Under the pieces are notes generated by a model. That model had not been told where the DNA came from. It worked only from the letters and a program-made list of their open reading frames with translations, and searched no databases. Both the position numbers and the translations under genes were made by a program. A DNA stretch of 64,000 nucleotides, taken from an uncultured delta proteobacterium (GTDB taxonomy: Bacteria > Desulfobacterota > Binatia > Binatales > Binataceae). The stretch spans positions 1,248,001 to 1,312,000 of the forward strand of contig CAVXXK010000001.1 of NCBI GenBank assembly GCA_963765675.1. Reading direction: 5' to 3'. Shown here one piece after another: positions 9,442 to 19,507 of this stretch; position 1 is the stretch's first letter; every line of letters begins with the position of its first letter.

Positions 9442-9493
9442 ACCTCCACGGTATCAGGCGCGCCGGATGAATCGATCCAGATAATTTCGAGAC

Positions 9494-10177
9494 TCAGTCG
9501 TCGCGCGAGAACGCCGACGCCATCGCCATGAAGTGCTCGTGGCCAACCGCGATGAACAAGCCTTCGGCCTCGGCGGTCAGCTTGCCCTCGCACGAGACGG
9601 TCCCGATGGTGAAAATCTTGCGCCCCTCGACGCGATCAACCCGCGCGTCGAACACCAGCTCCTTAAGCAGCGGAGTCGGACGGCGATAGCGCACGGTGAG
9701 CGTGCCGGTCATGCCGGGATTTCCGGTCAGCGACTGCGCCATTCCGAGCACTTCGTCAAACGCGGCGGCGAGATAACCGCCATGGACGTGGCCGGGCGGA
9801 CCCTCGTATGCGACTCCGAAAGTTGCGCGGCCTTCGACCCGATCGCCGACTACCGCGAGCCGAATCGGCGGCGCGAGCGGATTCGCCATCCCGATGAGCG
9901 GGCTGTGATCGAAAAATACGTGCGTATCGCCCGCGTTGGCGGCTTCCGCCCATCCTTCGTACACCCGCGTGGTTGGGTATTTCGCCAGGCGATCGGCGTA
10001 TTTCTCCAGAGCGTCGGCGGCGGTGCGCAGATCCTCTTCGGGCGCGGCGACCTGCACCAGGTGATCGATCACCCGGCGCATCGCGTTCGCGATCCGCTGC
10101 GCCTCGGCGCGGCGGCCGGTCGCGGGAACCTGCGACTGAGCCCATATGGTTTCGAAATTGTACGGCTTTTCATTCAT
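9494..10177 (-). CDS. PaaI/hotdog-fold thioesterase
   Basis: SPLIGMANPLAPP, YEGPPGHVHGGYLAAAFDEVLG, MTGTLTVRYRRPTPL. Confidence 0.9.
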   Translation of the reverse strand: MNEKPYNFETIWAQSQVPATGRRAEAQRIANAMRRVIDHLVQVAAPEEDLRTAADALEKYADRLAKYPTTRVYEGWAEAANAGDTHVFFDHSPLIGMANPLAPPIRLAVVGDRVEGRATFGVAYEGPPGHVHGGYLAAAFDEVLGMAQSLTGNPGMTGTLTVRYRRPTPLLKELVFDARVDRVEGRKIFTIGTVSCEGKLTAEAEGLFIAVGHEHFMAMASAFSRDD

Positions 10178-10234
10178 GGATGACGCCATCGGGTGCGGAT
10201 GCCAGAATCGTACATGCGCAGTATTCGCGGGTCT

Positions 10235-10963
10235 ATGCGATATGCATCGCAGATTGCGACCGCAGTGGGTTTGATCATCGCCTTCGCGGCTGGTGGCGCG
10301 CTTGCACAAACGATGATGCAGGTGCCGGGCGGACAGAACGCTCCGAGCTTCGCGCCGCGTGCGCGATCGACGGCGACGCCCGCGCCTCCTGAAGGCGCCA
10401 CCTTGCAAATTGCGCCAGCGCCGCAGGCGGTCATACCGCCGCCTTCATCCGCACCGTCCTCCGCGCCGAGCGTGGCCGCCGCGCCGCCCCCGATGATGAC
10501 GCAAACCGCCCCGGTTCTCCCTGCGGTGTTTCGCGGATGCTGGCAGGGCAAGGTCGATCTGCTCGATACGCTCGAGCGTCTGCCCGGCGGGCACAAGGTC
10601 GGCTACTGGACGCCAAAGACCTACAGGCTTTGCTATCAGAGGGTCGGCGACGGTCCGTTCAAGCTGACTTTCAGCGAGACCGGAATCGAACCCACCGAAA
10701 AGATCATCCACGCGCACGGGCAGGTCGACCCGCTCGCGACCGACGGCCGGGTTTACGCGCGTCTGCGCTCGCAACTTGGGTTCGACGAGTTTCGCGTCGA
10801 GCCCGGCGAAGGCGAGACGTTTCACGTCGATGAAACCACGATGCTGGACTGCAGGATCCAGAACGGCGCGATGGCGGTCGCGGCCAGCGTGCAGGGCACT
10901 CGCGACGGAGTGCCGTGGTTTCGCGCACGATGGCGTGCACTGTTCCGCCCCGTGCCGCAATAG
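10235..10963 (+). CDS. Secreted hypothetical protein with Pro/Ala-rich linker
   Basis: Signal peptide ending AAGGALA|Q, P/A/S-rich segment, beta-rich C-terminal domain with three Cys. Confidence 0.65.
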   Translation: MRYASQIATAVGLIIAFAAGGALAQTMMQVPGGQNAPSFAPRARSTATPAPPEGATLQIAPAPQAVIPPPSSAPSSAPSVAAAPPPMMTQTAPVLPAVFRGCWQGKVDLLDTLERLPGGHKVGYWTPKTYRLCYQRVGDGPFKLTFSETGIEPTEKIIHAHGQVDPLATDGRVYARLRSQLGFDEFRVEPGEGETFHVDETTMLDCRIQNGAMAVAASVQGTRDGVPWFRARWRALFRPVPQ

Positions 10964-10974
10964 CGATCGCGGCT

Positions 10975-12012
10975 TCAGCCGGCGCCCGAATTTCCTGTTG
11001 CGGGTCCTCTCACACGTGAAGCACCGCGTGATATTGCGTCGAAGAGCCGCGCATAGTTCAGAAACCAGGCGGTCAACAGTCCGGTCCCGATTCCGACCGA
11101 GAACGGATACAGGATCGTCGGATGATCCATCACCAGCGGCAGCAGCGCGATCGCCAGCGCGGGCGGGATGTGCAAGTCGAAGGAACGAAGGACCACGATC
11201 CCCCAAACCATCGCGGCCGCTGCGGCGCCCGCATTCGCCCCGAACGCGCGCAGGCAGATGAGGCCTCCCGCCGCGGTAAGAAAACAGGCGATCGGCAACG
11301 ACAGCGGACGCCGGGCCCAAGGGCAAATGGCAGGATGCCCTAGCATCTCGTAAGCGATCACCACCAGCGGCGGAAACAGGATGAAGCGCAACCCGGTGAG
11401 ATCGACTGCGGCCATCGCCAGGGCGACAAACAGCAGCAGCGCCCAAAGCCATCGCAATCCGGAAGGTGGCAACTCGAGCGCGTCGTCGCGAGCGTCTGCG
11501 ATAACCTCCGTATCGTGGCCGCGACGTGCTGGCAGGCGACGAGAATCCAGATAGCTCCATGCAATTGAAAGTGCGGCGAGAAGTGTGGTGCCGAACAGGA
11601 TGCCGGGCGGATACCACCAGCTCCTGATGCCAAGTACGAGCGGCAGCAACCCGGCTGAGATCGCCGGAGCGATCGGCGAGCGGATCGCGGCGATAACAAT
11701 CAGCGCGCCGGCAACTGTCAGCATCACGGAGAAAAATCCGTAAGGCAAAGCGCGGGTGATGATTGTTCCGATGATCGCGGTGAGAACGGGCGTGACGGCT
11801 AGTGCAATTGGCGCGCGCGCCCAGCTTCCGCGGGGTCGCGTCAGGACATCGTGCGAAAGCGCGCCGAGCTCGGGAAACAACAGGTAGATGGCGCCCGTCG
11901 CGAAAGCCAGCTGCGCGACAATCGCGATGTAAACCAAGGCGCCGATCTCGGCGACGAGGCGCGAGCGCCGCCCCGACGAGCTCTCGGGTGTGATGTCTGC
12001 CGGCCCGATCAA
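10975..12012 (-). CDS. HPP-family membrane protein with two tandem HPP domains
   Basis: LLFPELGALS..WARAP..SPIAPAISAGLLPLV and ILFPPLVVIA..WARRP..LHIPPALAIALLPLV; TTGA overlap with csoR. Confidence 0.75.
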   Translation of the reverse strand: MIGPADITPESSSGRRSRLVAEIGALVYIAIVAQLAFATGAIYLLFPELGALSHDVLTRPRGSWARAPIALAVTPVLTAIIGTIITRALPYGFFSVMLTVAGALIVIAAIRSPIAPAISAGLLPLVLGIRSWWYPPGILFGTTLLAALSIAWSYLDSRRLPARRGHDTEVIADARDDALELPPSGLRWLWALLLFVALAMAAVDLTGLRFILFPPLVVIAYEMLGHPAICPWARRPLSLPIACFLTAAGGLICLRAFGANAGAAAAAMVWGIVVLRSFDLHIPPALAIALLPLVMDHPTILYPFSVGIGTGLLTAWFLNYARLFDAISRGASRVRGPATGNSGAG

Positions 12013-12329
12013 GCCAGGAACCGGTCGAGCGTCACGACAAGTTCTTTGATCTTTGCGTGAGCGTCGCGGCGCATGATCGCGTCGCTCACGCAGCTCTCGA
12101 GATGATCGCGGACGATAAGCAGCGCGAGCCGGTCGAGTGCGCGGCGTACGGCGGAGATTTGTTGCAAGACGTCGATGCAGTACGCGTTTTCGCCGAGCAT
12201 CCGTTTGATGCCGCGCAATTGGCCCTCGGCGCGCTCGAGGCGCGCGGCCAGATCCAGCGCCAGCCGCTCGGGACGGCGGTGGGATTTCTGCTTCGCCTGC
12301 GAAGGTGTTAACGCTTTGGCCTCGGGCAT
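12009..12329 (-). CDS. csoR: CsoR-family Cu(I)-sensing repressor
   Basis: [35 protein letters not shown] (Cys-His-Cys ligand set); divergent from the Cu-ATPase. Confidence 0.9.
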   Translation of the reverse strand: MPEAKALTPSQAKQKSHRRPERLALDLAARLERAEGQLRGIKRMLGENAYCIDVLQQISAVRRALDRLALLIVRDHLESCVSDAIMRRDAHAKIKELVVTLDRFLA

Positions 12330-12350
12330 CGACTTGCTCCTCTTCCGTCA

Positions 12351-12386
12351 GGTACTCCCGGAGAGTACCATACTGGCAGGGAGTAT
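12351..12386. promoter_or_regulatory. Tandem CsoR/RcnR-type operators TACT-N7-AGTA
   Basis: TACTCCCGGAGAGTA (12353-12367) and TACTGGCAGGGAGTA (12371-12385) between csoR and copA. Confidence 0.85.
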
Positions 12387-12415
12387 TAAAAGTCTTTTCG
12401 TTTTTGAGGCGGCAT

Positions 12416-14786
12416 TTGACGGATCACTCGCATCACGGATCGCATCCTCACTCCGGATCTGCGGGCGCGGCCTCGCGCGCGATCGCAATCGATCCAGTCT
12501 GCGGAATGGAAGTCGAGACGGCGAGGACCGGCCGCGTCGTCGTTCATGACGGGATCTCCTTCTATTTTTGCGGCGACAAGTGCATGGCGCGGTTCAAGGC
12601 GAACCCGCGGGAGTTCATCGCCGATACCGTGCCCGCCGCCGAAGAAAAATCGGCGATCCGCGCCGCGAGCGTGCCGCCGGGCGTCCAGTACACCTGCCCG
12701 ATGCATCCGGAGATCGTGCGCGACGCTCCGGGCGCATGCCCGATCTGCGGGATGGCGCTCGAGCCGATGTCCCCGCTCGCGGCGGCCGAAGAGGAAAATC
12801 CCGAACTCGCGTACATGACGATACGTTTCTGGGCCGCGCTCGTGCTGACGATCCCGATCCTCGCGCTCGGGATGCTGCCCCAGGCGTGGGTCGCACATGT
12901 GGTCCCGATGACGGTTGCGCCGTGGTTGATGTTCGCGCTCGCGACGCCGGTGGTGATTTGGGCGGGCGCCGCATTCTTCGTGCGCGGCTATGCCTCGCTC
13001 AGATCGATGAACCTCAACATGTTCACGCTGATCGCAAGCGGCGTCGGCGTCGCATACGGCTACAGCGTTGTAGCGACAATCTTTCCCGAGATCTTTCCGC
13101 CCGCGATGCTCGACGCTTACGGAATGATCCCGACCTATTTCGAAGCGGCCGCGTCGATCACGGTGCTGGTGCTGCTCGGCCAGGTGCTCGAGCTGCGCGC
13201 GCGCAGCCGCACCAGCGGCGCGATTCGGGCGCTGCTCGGTTTGGCGCCGCGAACCGCGCGCCGGCTCGCGGACGACGGCTCGGAAACCGACGTGCCGCTC
13301 GACGCGGTGCATCCGGGCGATCGCCTGCGCGTGCGTCCGGGCGAAAAGGTCCCCGTCGATGGAGTCGTGCTCGAGGGCGCGAGCGCAATCGACGAGTCGA
13401 TGATCACCGGCGAGCCTATCCCGGTCGAAAAGAAACCCGGCGATCGTGTGATCGGCGCGACCGTGAACGCCACCGGCAGCTTCGTGATGCGCGCCGAGCG
13501 CGTCGGCGCGGAAACGATGCTCGCGCAAATTGTCGCGATGGTTTCGGCGGCGCAGCGCAGCCGCGCGCCCATTCAGCGCTTGGCCGACCGCGTCGCGGCG
13601 TGGTTCGTGCCGAGCCGTGGTCGCCGCCGCGGCCGTCACTTTCGTCATCTGGCTCGCCGCCGGATTTGGGCTGGGCCACGCGATCGTCAATGCGGTCGCG
13701 GTGCTGATTATCGCTTGCCCGTGTGCGCTCGGACTCGCGACCCCGATGGCAATCATGGTCGGAACCGGCCGCGGCGCGAGCGAGGGCGTGCTGGTGCGCA
13801 ACGCCGAGGCGCTAGAGATTCTCGAAAAAGTCGATACGCTTCTGATCGACAAAACCGGAACGCTGACCGAGGGACGCCCGCGCCTTGCGCAGGTGATAGC
13901 GCTCGACCCTGCCGCGCAGGACGAGATGCTGCGGCTCGCCGCTAGCCTCGAGCGCGGCAGCGAGCATCCTCTTGCCGCTGCGATCGTCGCCGGCGCGGCC
14001 GAGCGCCGACTTAGTCTGGGTGAAGTCTCAGGCTTTCGCGCGATTGCCGGCAAGGGCGTGACGGGAGTCGTCTCCGGCCGGAGCATTGCGCTCGGCAATG
14101 CGGCGCTGTTCCTCGCGCTTCAAATCGACGTATCCACGCTCGAGCCGCGCGCCGACGAACTTCGCCACGACGGGCAGACGGTGATGCTGATCGCGATCGA
14201 CGGGTACGCTGCCGGCGCGATCGGCGTCAGCGATCCGCTCAAGTCTTCGACCGCCGAAGCGGTGCGCGCGCTCCACGGTGAGGGACTGCGGATCGTGATG
14301 CTGACCGGGGACAATCGCGCGACGGCCGCTGTGGTGGCGGCGAAAGCGGGTGTCGATGGATTTCGCGCCGAGGTCCTGCCCGACGCGAAGGCAGCCGAGG
14401 TGAAGCGCCTTCAATCCGAGGGCCATATCGTCGCGATGGCCGGTGACGGAATCAATGACGCGCCCGCGCTCGCGCAGGCGCAGGTCGGAATTGCGATGGG
14501 CACCGGCACCGACGTCGCGATGGAGAGCGCGGGCGTGACGCTGGTGCGCGGCGATTTGCGCGGGATCGTGAAGGCGCGGCGGCTCTCGCGCGCGACCATG
14601 CGAAATATCCGGCAGAACCTGTTCTTCGCGTTCATCTACAATGTGCTCGGCGTGCCGATCGCGGCGGGCGTGTTGTACCCGTTCTTCGGATTGCTGCTGA
14701 GCCCGATTATCGCGAGCGCCGCGATGAGCCTGAGTTCCGTCTCAGTGATCGGAAATGCGCTGCGGCTGCGGCGCGTCCGGCTGTGA
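12416..14786 (+). CDS. copA: Cu(I)-translocating P1B-type ATPase with YHS and HMBD domains, frameshift near 13613
   Basis: His-rich start, DPVCGM...YFCGDKC (YHS), YTCPMHPEI...[33 protein letters not shown] and MSLSS; one extra A in GTG CCG (A)GCC GTG. Confidence 0.92.
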
Positions 14787-14792
14787 GCGGGT

Positions 14793-14808
14793 TGTTTCAC
14801 GTGAAACA
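14793..14808. promoter_or_regulatory. parS centromere-like site
   Basis: Perfect 16-bp palindrome TGTTTCACGTGAAACA, intergenic. Confidence 0.9.
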
Positions 14809-14958
14809 TTTATCATCGATGGGTTTGTTTGATGGGTTCGTTTGATCAGCGTGGCTTCGTTCGATATCGAACCCATTTTCAGACGCGCTTGCGATCTTGG
14901 CGCGGACTACTTTAACCTCAATCGCATTGACTGCGCGCGTAGTGAGAAGGAGATCGCG

Positions 14959-15906
14959 ATGGCTGTGGCGCTCGACCCCCAGATGAAAGCTTTTCTCGAC
15001 GCGGCGAACGCCGACGGTCCGATGTTCCTGCGCTCGGAGACGGCCGAGCAGGCGCGCGCCAAGATGATGGCGCTGCTCGAAGCGACTCCGACCGAACCGC
15101 CCGAGGTGTACAGCGTCGAGGATCGCGCGATTCCCGGACCGCATGGGCTGATTCCGATCCGCGTTTACACTCCCGCCGAAGCGCGCACTCCGATGGGCAT
15201 CCTGATGTACTTTCACGGCGGCGGATGGGTGCTCGGAAATCTCGATACGCACGACATCGTATGCCGCAATCTCGCTAACGGGGCGGGATGCGTCGTCGTC
15301 TCGGTCGATTATCGGCTCGCGCCAGAGCATAAGTTTCCGGCCGCGCCAGAAGATTGCTACGCTGCGGCGAAATGGACCGCCGCAAATGCCGCGGCGCTCG
15401 GCGGAGACGCGAGCAAAATCGCGGTCGGGGGAGATAGCGCAGGCGGCAACCTCGCGACCGTCGTTGCGCTGATGGCACGCGATCGCGGCGGCCCGCGGCT
15501 ATGCTTTCAAGTGCTCTTTTATCCCGCGATATCGTCGGCCAACGATACTCCCTCGCAGCGGGAGTTCGCCGCCGATGGGTTCGTTCTCTCGCGCGCCGAC
15601 ATGGAATGGTTCTGGAACCATTACCTGGACAGTCCCGCCGACGCGAAGAATCCTCTGGCCTGTCCGAACCTGGCGGCGAGCCTCGCCGGCCTGCCGCCCG
15701 CGATTGTCCTGACCGCCAGCCACGATCCGCTGCGCGACGAAGGCGAGGCCTACGCTCTCGCGATGCGCAAGGCGGGCGTGACGGTAACGCTCACGCGCTA
15801 CGACGGGGTGACGCACGGGTTCGTCAGCTTCGCGGAGCTGCTCGACAAGGGCAAGCAGGGGCTCGCCCAGGCGAGCGCCGCGCTACGCGCGGCCTTCGCG
15901 AAGTAG
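14959..15906 (+). CDS. HSL-family alpha/beta hydrolase (esterase)
   Basis: HGGGW, DYRLAPEHKFP, GDSAGG, DPLRDEG, HGF; AAGGAG RBS. Confidence 0.93.
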   Translation: MAVALDPQMKAFLDAANADGPMFLRSETAEQARAKMMALLEATPTEPPEVYSVEDRAIPGPHGLIPIRVYTPAEARTPMGILMYFHGGGWVLGNLDTHDIVCRNLANGAGCVVVSVDYRLAPEHKFPAAPEDCYAAAKWTAANAAALGGDASKIAVGGDSAGGNLATVVALMARDRGGPRLCFQVLFYPAISSANDTPSQREFAADGFVLSRADMEWFWNHYLDSPADAKNPLACPNLAASLAGLPPAIVLTASHDPLRDEGEAYALAMRKAGVTVTLTRYDGVTHGFVSFAELLDKGKQGLAQASAALRAAFAK

Positions 15907-15940
15907 GCGCGCAAATTTCGATAAACCGTGAGAATTGAGA

Positions 15941-17287
15941 TCAGTCGCTCGGCGGGGCCATCAGTCCCGCCATAAATTGCGGGTAGCGCCAGTCGAAGAT
16001 GCCGTGACGCTCGACGTAGTCGCTCGTCACCCAATTCAACCCTTCAAAGGACCATGCGCCGCGCGCGTTAATCGCGACACTCACTGCCAGCAGGAACATT
16101 GCCGCGGCTATCTCCATCCGGTGATTGGTCGCAACCTTCGTGCGTCGCATCGCATCCAGCCCCAGGATTGCGAGCACCACGAACCACGGGATTGCGTCGG
16201 TGAAAAATCGCGGTCCGTAGCATAATCCCGCCGTCCAGTTCTTGTTCATACACATGACGATCTCAAGCGCGACAATTTGTGCGATTGCCAGAACCGCAAG
16301 CTGCTTGTGCGACAGATCCTTGCGATACCGGACTACGAGGTAAATCACGAATAGCGTCGTCGGCACGAATACCAACAACCCGCGAGATGGACTGATCAGG
16401 TTTCCCGTGAGCGGCAGAACCAGATCATGCAATTTCAGCCGCGATGCCGAGTAGTAGGGCGGAATTATTGTGCCGAAAACCGACCACGAATAGCCGACGA
16501 AGCACGCCAGCCATCCGGCGAGGGTGGCGCCATATACGATTATGTCCTCGCGATGAACCCACAACACGTAAAAGCTGACGAATACTATCGCGATGGCTCC
16601 CGTCGGCCGCACGCAGTAGGTCCATGCCACCAGGGTCGCCAGCCAAACCGGGCGAATTCGCGCGCCGCGATGCTCGGCGCTAAACAGGGAATACGCGATT
16701 AATCCGAGGATGAAGATCTCCCAGGTATGCGCCCACAGGCCGCGCGTTGCGGTGCTCAAGATCTGAGATCCCATCGCAGCGCCGAGCGCGACCACCACGC
16801 TCCACGTCAACGGCAGCAGCATCTCCGCCATCGCGAAAAATACGCACGTCAGCGCCGCCATCAGTACCGACGCGATCACGCGCTCGATTCGAATCTCCCC
16901 GGCAAGGTCCAAGCGCCCGTCCGGCGTCGAAGCTGACACGCCCACCGCGTTCATCGCCGCTACCAGCGGCGTCGACAGCATCGAGCTGCCATGCCCAAAA
17001 TAATAGGTTACGTGGCCGCGCGCCTTGACTAGTTGATACTCATTCGCCTCGCTGGGACTGCCTGCGTCTCCGGTGAGCCACGGTACCGGGACTTTGTAGT
17101 ATTCGTCGAGTTCGGCCGAGCGATGGTAGAGCAAGCACTCGCTCAGCAGCGCGGTATAGCGCGAGTCGGAAACCTCGACTACTGGCGCGATAAGGAACAC
17201 CGCCACCGAGAATAAGAACAGAATTAGTTCCAGTCTGAAAATTTTGCCGCTATCGGCGCGTTGGAACTCTCCCACCACCGACCTCAC
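15941..17287 (-). CDS. Polytopic membrane protein, GT-C-fold glycosyltransferase-like
   Basis: About 11 TM segments, acidic loop after TM1 (EVSDSRY), VRPT, GNLISPSRGLLVFVP, YGPRFF. Confidence 0.6.
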   Translation of the reverse strand: MRSVVGEFQRADSGKIFRLELILFLFSVAVFLIAPVVEVSDSRYTALLSECLLYHRSAELDEYYKVPVPWLTGDAGSPSEANEYQLVKARGHVTYYFGHGSSMLSTPLVAAMNAVGVSASTPDGRLDLAGEIRIERVIASVLMAALTCVFFAMAEMLLPLTWSVVVALGAAMGSQILSTATRGLWAHTWEIFILGLIAYSLFSAEHRGARIRPVWLATLVAWTYCVRPTGAIAIVFVSFYVLWVHREDIIVYGATLAGWLACFVGYSWSVFGTIIPPYYSASRLKLHDLVLPLTGNLISPSRGLLVFVPTTLFVIYLVVRYRKDLSHKQLAVLAIAQIVALEIVMCMNKNWTAGLCYGPRFFTDAIPWFVVLAILGLDAMRRTKVATNHRMEIAAAMFLLAVSVAINARGAWSFEGLNWVTSDYVERHGIFDWRYPQFMAGLMAPPSD

Positions 17288-17421
17288 GCTTTCCGCACCG
17301 CGTCGCCGCGAACCACGTCCACAACTCCCGCCACAGCGCTCAAGCTAGCATCGCGAGCCATGATTGAAAAACCGTCTGCGCGCGATGCGCGTAGGGGTGG
17401 CCTCGGGTATATTGTGCGGGA

Positions 17422-18291
17422 ATGAAGCGGCCCAAGGCACTCCGAATGACGTCGATTGATGGTGCGCTGCGACCGACCGGCGGCACTTCGATCTTTACCG
17501 ATCTCTATCACACCCTCGTGACGGACACGTGGCCGACGCTGCTCGGGTTCATCCTGGGCGCCTACGTTTTCGCCAACTTGCTTTTCGCGCTGGTCTATTG
17601 GATCGACGGCGGCGTCGGGGGAACGCGGCCTGGCTCGTTCGCCGATATGTTTTTCTTCAGCGTGCAGACGATGGCGACGATCGGCTACGGCCGCATGACG
17701 CCGACCACGTTTTTGTCCAACGCGGTGATGTCATTCGAAGCGCTGTTCGGATTGGTCGGGCTCGCGATGATGACCGGGCTGGTGTTCTCGAAATTCTCGC
17801 TTCCGACCGCGCGGGTGCGTTTCAGCGCCGTGGCGGTCGTCTCACGGTACGACGGCGAATCGACCCTGATGTTCAGGATGGCAAATATGCGCGCGAACCG
17901 GATCGTCGAAGCGACGATTCACGTAGCTCTCACACGGGTCGAAAAGACCGCCGAGGGCGAGACGGTGCGGCTTTGGTATGACCTCGTGATGCAGCACGAG
18001 CGCAGCGCGTTGTTCTCACTGAGCTGGACCGCGCGGCATCGCGTCGATCAATCGAGTCCACTGTTCGGCGCGACGCAGGAATCGCTTGCGCGCGAGAACG
18101 CCGGAGTGATGGTTTCGATCACCGGCCTCGACGAGACATTTTCCCAGACCGTGCACGCCCGTCATTTCTACACTCCCGAGTCGATCCTGTTCGGGAAACG
18201 GCTCGCCGATATCACGACTTTTGGTTCGATGAACCAATTCACCGTCGACTACTCGCGTTTCGACGACGTGGTTGACGCGCCGCCCGGCTAG
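17422..18291 (+). CDS. Inward-rectifier potassium channel (KirBac)
   Basis: DLYH slide helix, FFFSVQTMATIGYG filter, FSKFSLPTARVRFS, TLMFRMANMRANRIVEA, GLDET. Confidence 0.93.
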   Translation: MKRPKALRMTSIDGALRPTGGTSIFTDLYHTLVTDTWPTLLGFILGAYVFANLLFALVYWIDGGVGGTRPGSFADMFFFSVQTMATIGYGRMTPTTFLSNAVMSFEALFGLVGLAMMTGLVFSKFSLPTARVRFSAVAVVSRYDGESTLMFRMANMRANRIVEATIHVALTRVEKTAEGETVRLWYDLVMQHERSALFSLSWTARHRVDQSSPLFGATQESLARENAGVMVSITGLDETFSQTVHARHFYTPESILFGKRLADITTFGSMNQFTVDYSRFDDVVDAPPG

Positions 18292-18379
18292 TCGCACCGC
18301 TCTATTCCTTCCCGCGGGCAAATCTGCGCAAAATCGCTGAACTTGGCCGTCATAACAGACGGCATCTTTGAGGTACGGA

Positions 18380-19507
18380 ATGGATTACGGCCGGATCCGA
18401 CACTTCCTGATCGCCCTTGCGCGATGGTTCGACACCGCAGCCGGAGGAGCCGCGCCTGCCGATGGTCCGCAAGAAGTCGACTGGTTGCGATGCGTACCGT
18501 TTGCCGCGATCCACTTGATGTGCCTTGGCGTGATCTGGGTCGGATGGAGTCCGATCGCGGCGGCCGTCGCCGCGGGATTTTACCTGGTCCGGATGTTCGC
18601 GATCACCGGCCTTTACCATCGGTATTTCTCGCACCGCAGCTTCCGCACTTCGCGCGCGGCCCAGCTCGCCTTTGCGCTTCTGGGCGCAACCTGCGCACAG
18701 CGCGGTCCGCTATGGTGGGCGTCGCATCATCGGATGCATCATCAGCGCTCTGACGAGCCGGATGATGTCCACTCGCCGGGCCGGCAGGGCTTCATCTGGA
18801 GCCACATGGGATGGATCACGTCGGAAGCCAACTTCGGCACCAATCTCCGAATCGTGCACGACCTGGCGGCGTATCCGGAGCTGCGCTTCCTCGATCGGTT
18901 CGACGTGCTGGTCCCGGTCGCGGCGGGTTTTGCGATGTTCGGGCTCGGCGCGATGCTTGAATATCTGTGGCCGGGACTTCACACCAGCGGCGCGCAGATG
19001 CTGATTTGGGGATTCTTCATCTCGACGGTCGCGCTGCTGCACGGCACCTTCACGATCAATTCGCTCGCGCATGCGTTCGGACGGCGCCGTTATGAAACCG
19101 GTGACGACAGCCGCAACAGCCTGGCGCTGGCGATTCTCACGCTCGGCGAGGGCTGGCACAACAATCATCATCATTATCCCGCAGCCGCCCGGCAGGGGTT
19201 CTTCTGGTGGGAGATCGACGTCACCTACTACGTGCTAAAGGCGCTCGAAGCGGTTGGGATTATCTGGGACCTGCGGCCCGTTCCCCAGCACGTACTGCAC
19301 TCGCGGCGGATTGCGGCTCCGCCCCAGGCGCTGGCCGCCGGGCGCGCAGCGCAGCAGGGGCGTATCCGCGTGCCGGCGCGTTCTACTTCACGCTACCATC
19401 GCGCAGAGAGCGCCCTCGCGCCGATCGCCGAGTCGGCGAAGGCAGCGGTCGCGGACGCTATCTCTGCGCCGGTGCGCGCAGCCGGTCCCGACGGCGCGGT
19501 CAGCTGA
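18380..19507 (+). CDS. Acyl-CoA (delta-9 type) fatty acid desaturase
   Basis: His boxes HRYFSH, HRMHH, GEGWHNNHH. Confidence 0.92.
   Translation: MDYGRIRHFLIALARWFDTAAGGAAPADGPQEVDWLRCVPFAAIHLMCLGVIWVGWSPIAAAVAAGFYLVRMFAITGLYHRYFSHRSFRTSRAAQLAFALLGATCAQRGPLWWASHHRMHHQRSDEPDDVHSPGRQGFIWSHMGWITSEANFGTNLRIVHDLAAYPELRFLDRFDVLVPVAAGFAMFGLGAMLEYLWPGLHTSGAQMLIWGFFISTVALLHGTFTINSLAHAFGRRRYETGDDSRNSLALAILTLGEGWHNNHHHYPAAARQGFFWWEIDVTYYVLKALEAVGIIWDLRPVPQHVLHSRRIAAPPQALAAGRAAQQGRIRVPARSTSRYHRAESALAPIAESAKAAVADAISAPVRAAGPDGAVS

Noticed and set aside
260-13620. Frameshifts in the mdtO-like gene (~270), ABC permease (~4741), TTC38-like gene (~6686) and copA (~13613) as programmed frameshifting or pseudogenisation
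   Set aside because: Each is repaired by deleting one or two bases, mostly run extensions. There are no slippery heptamers and the genes are otherwise intact, which fits insertion-biased long-read error. Read polishing would settle it.
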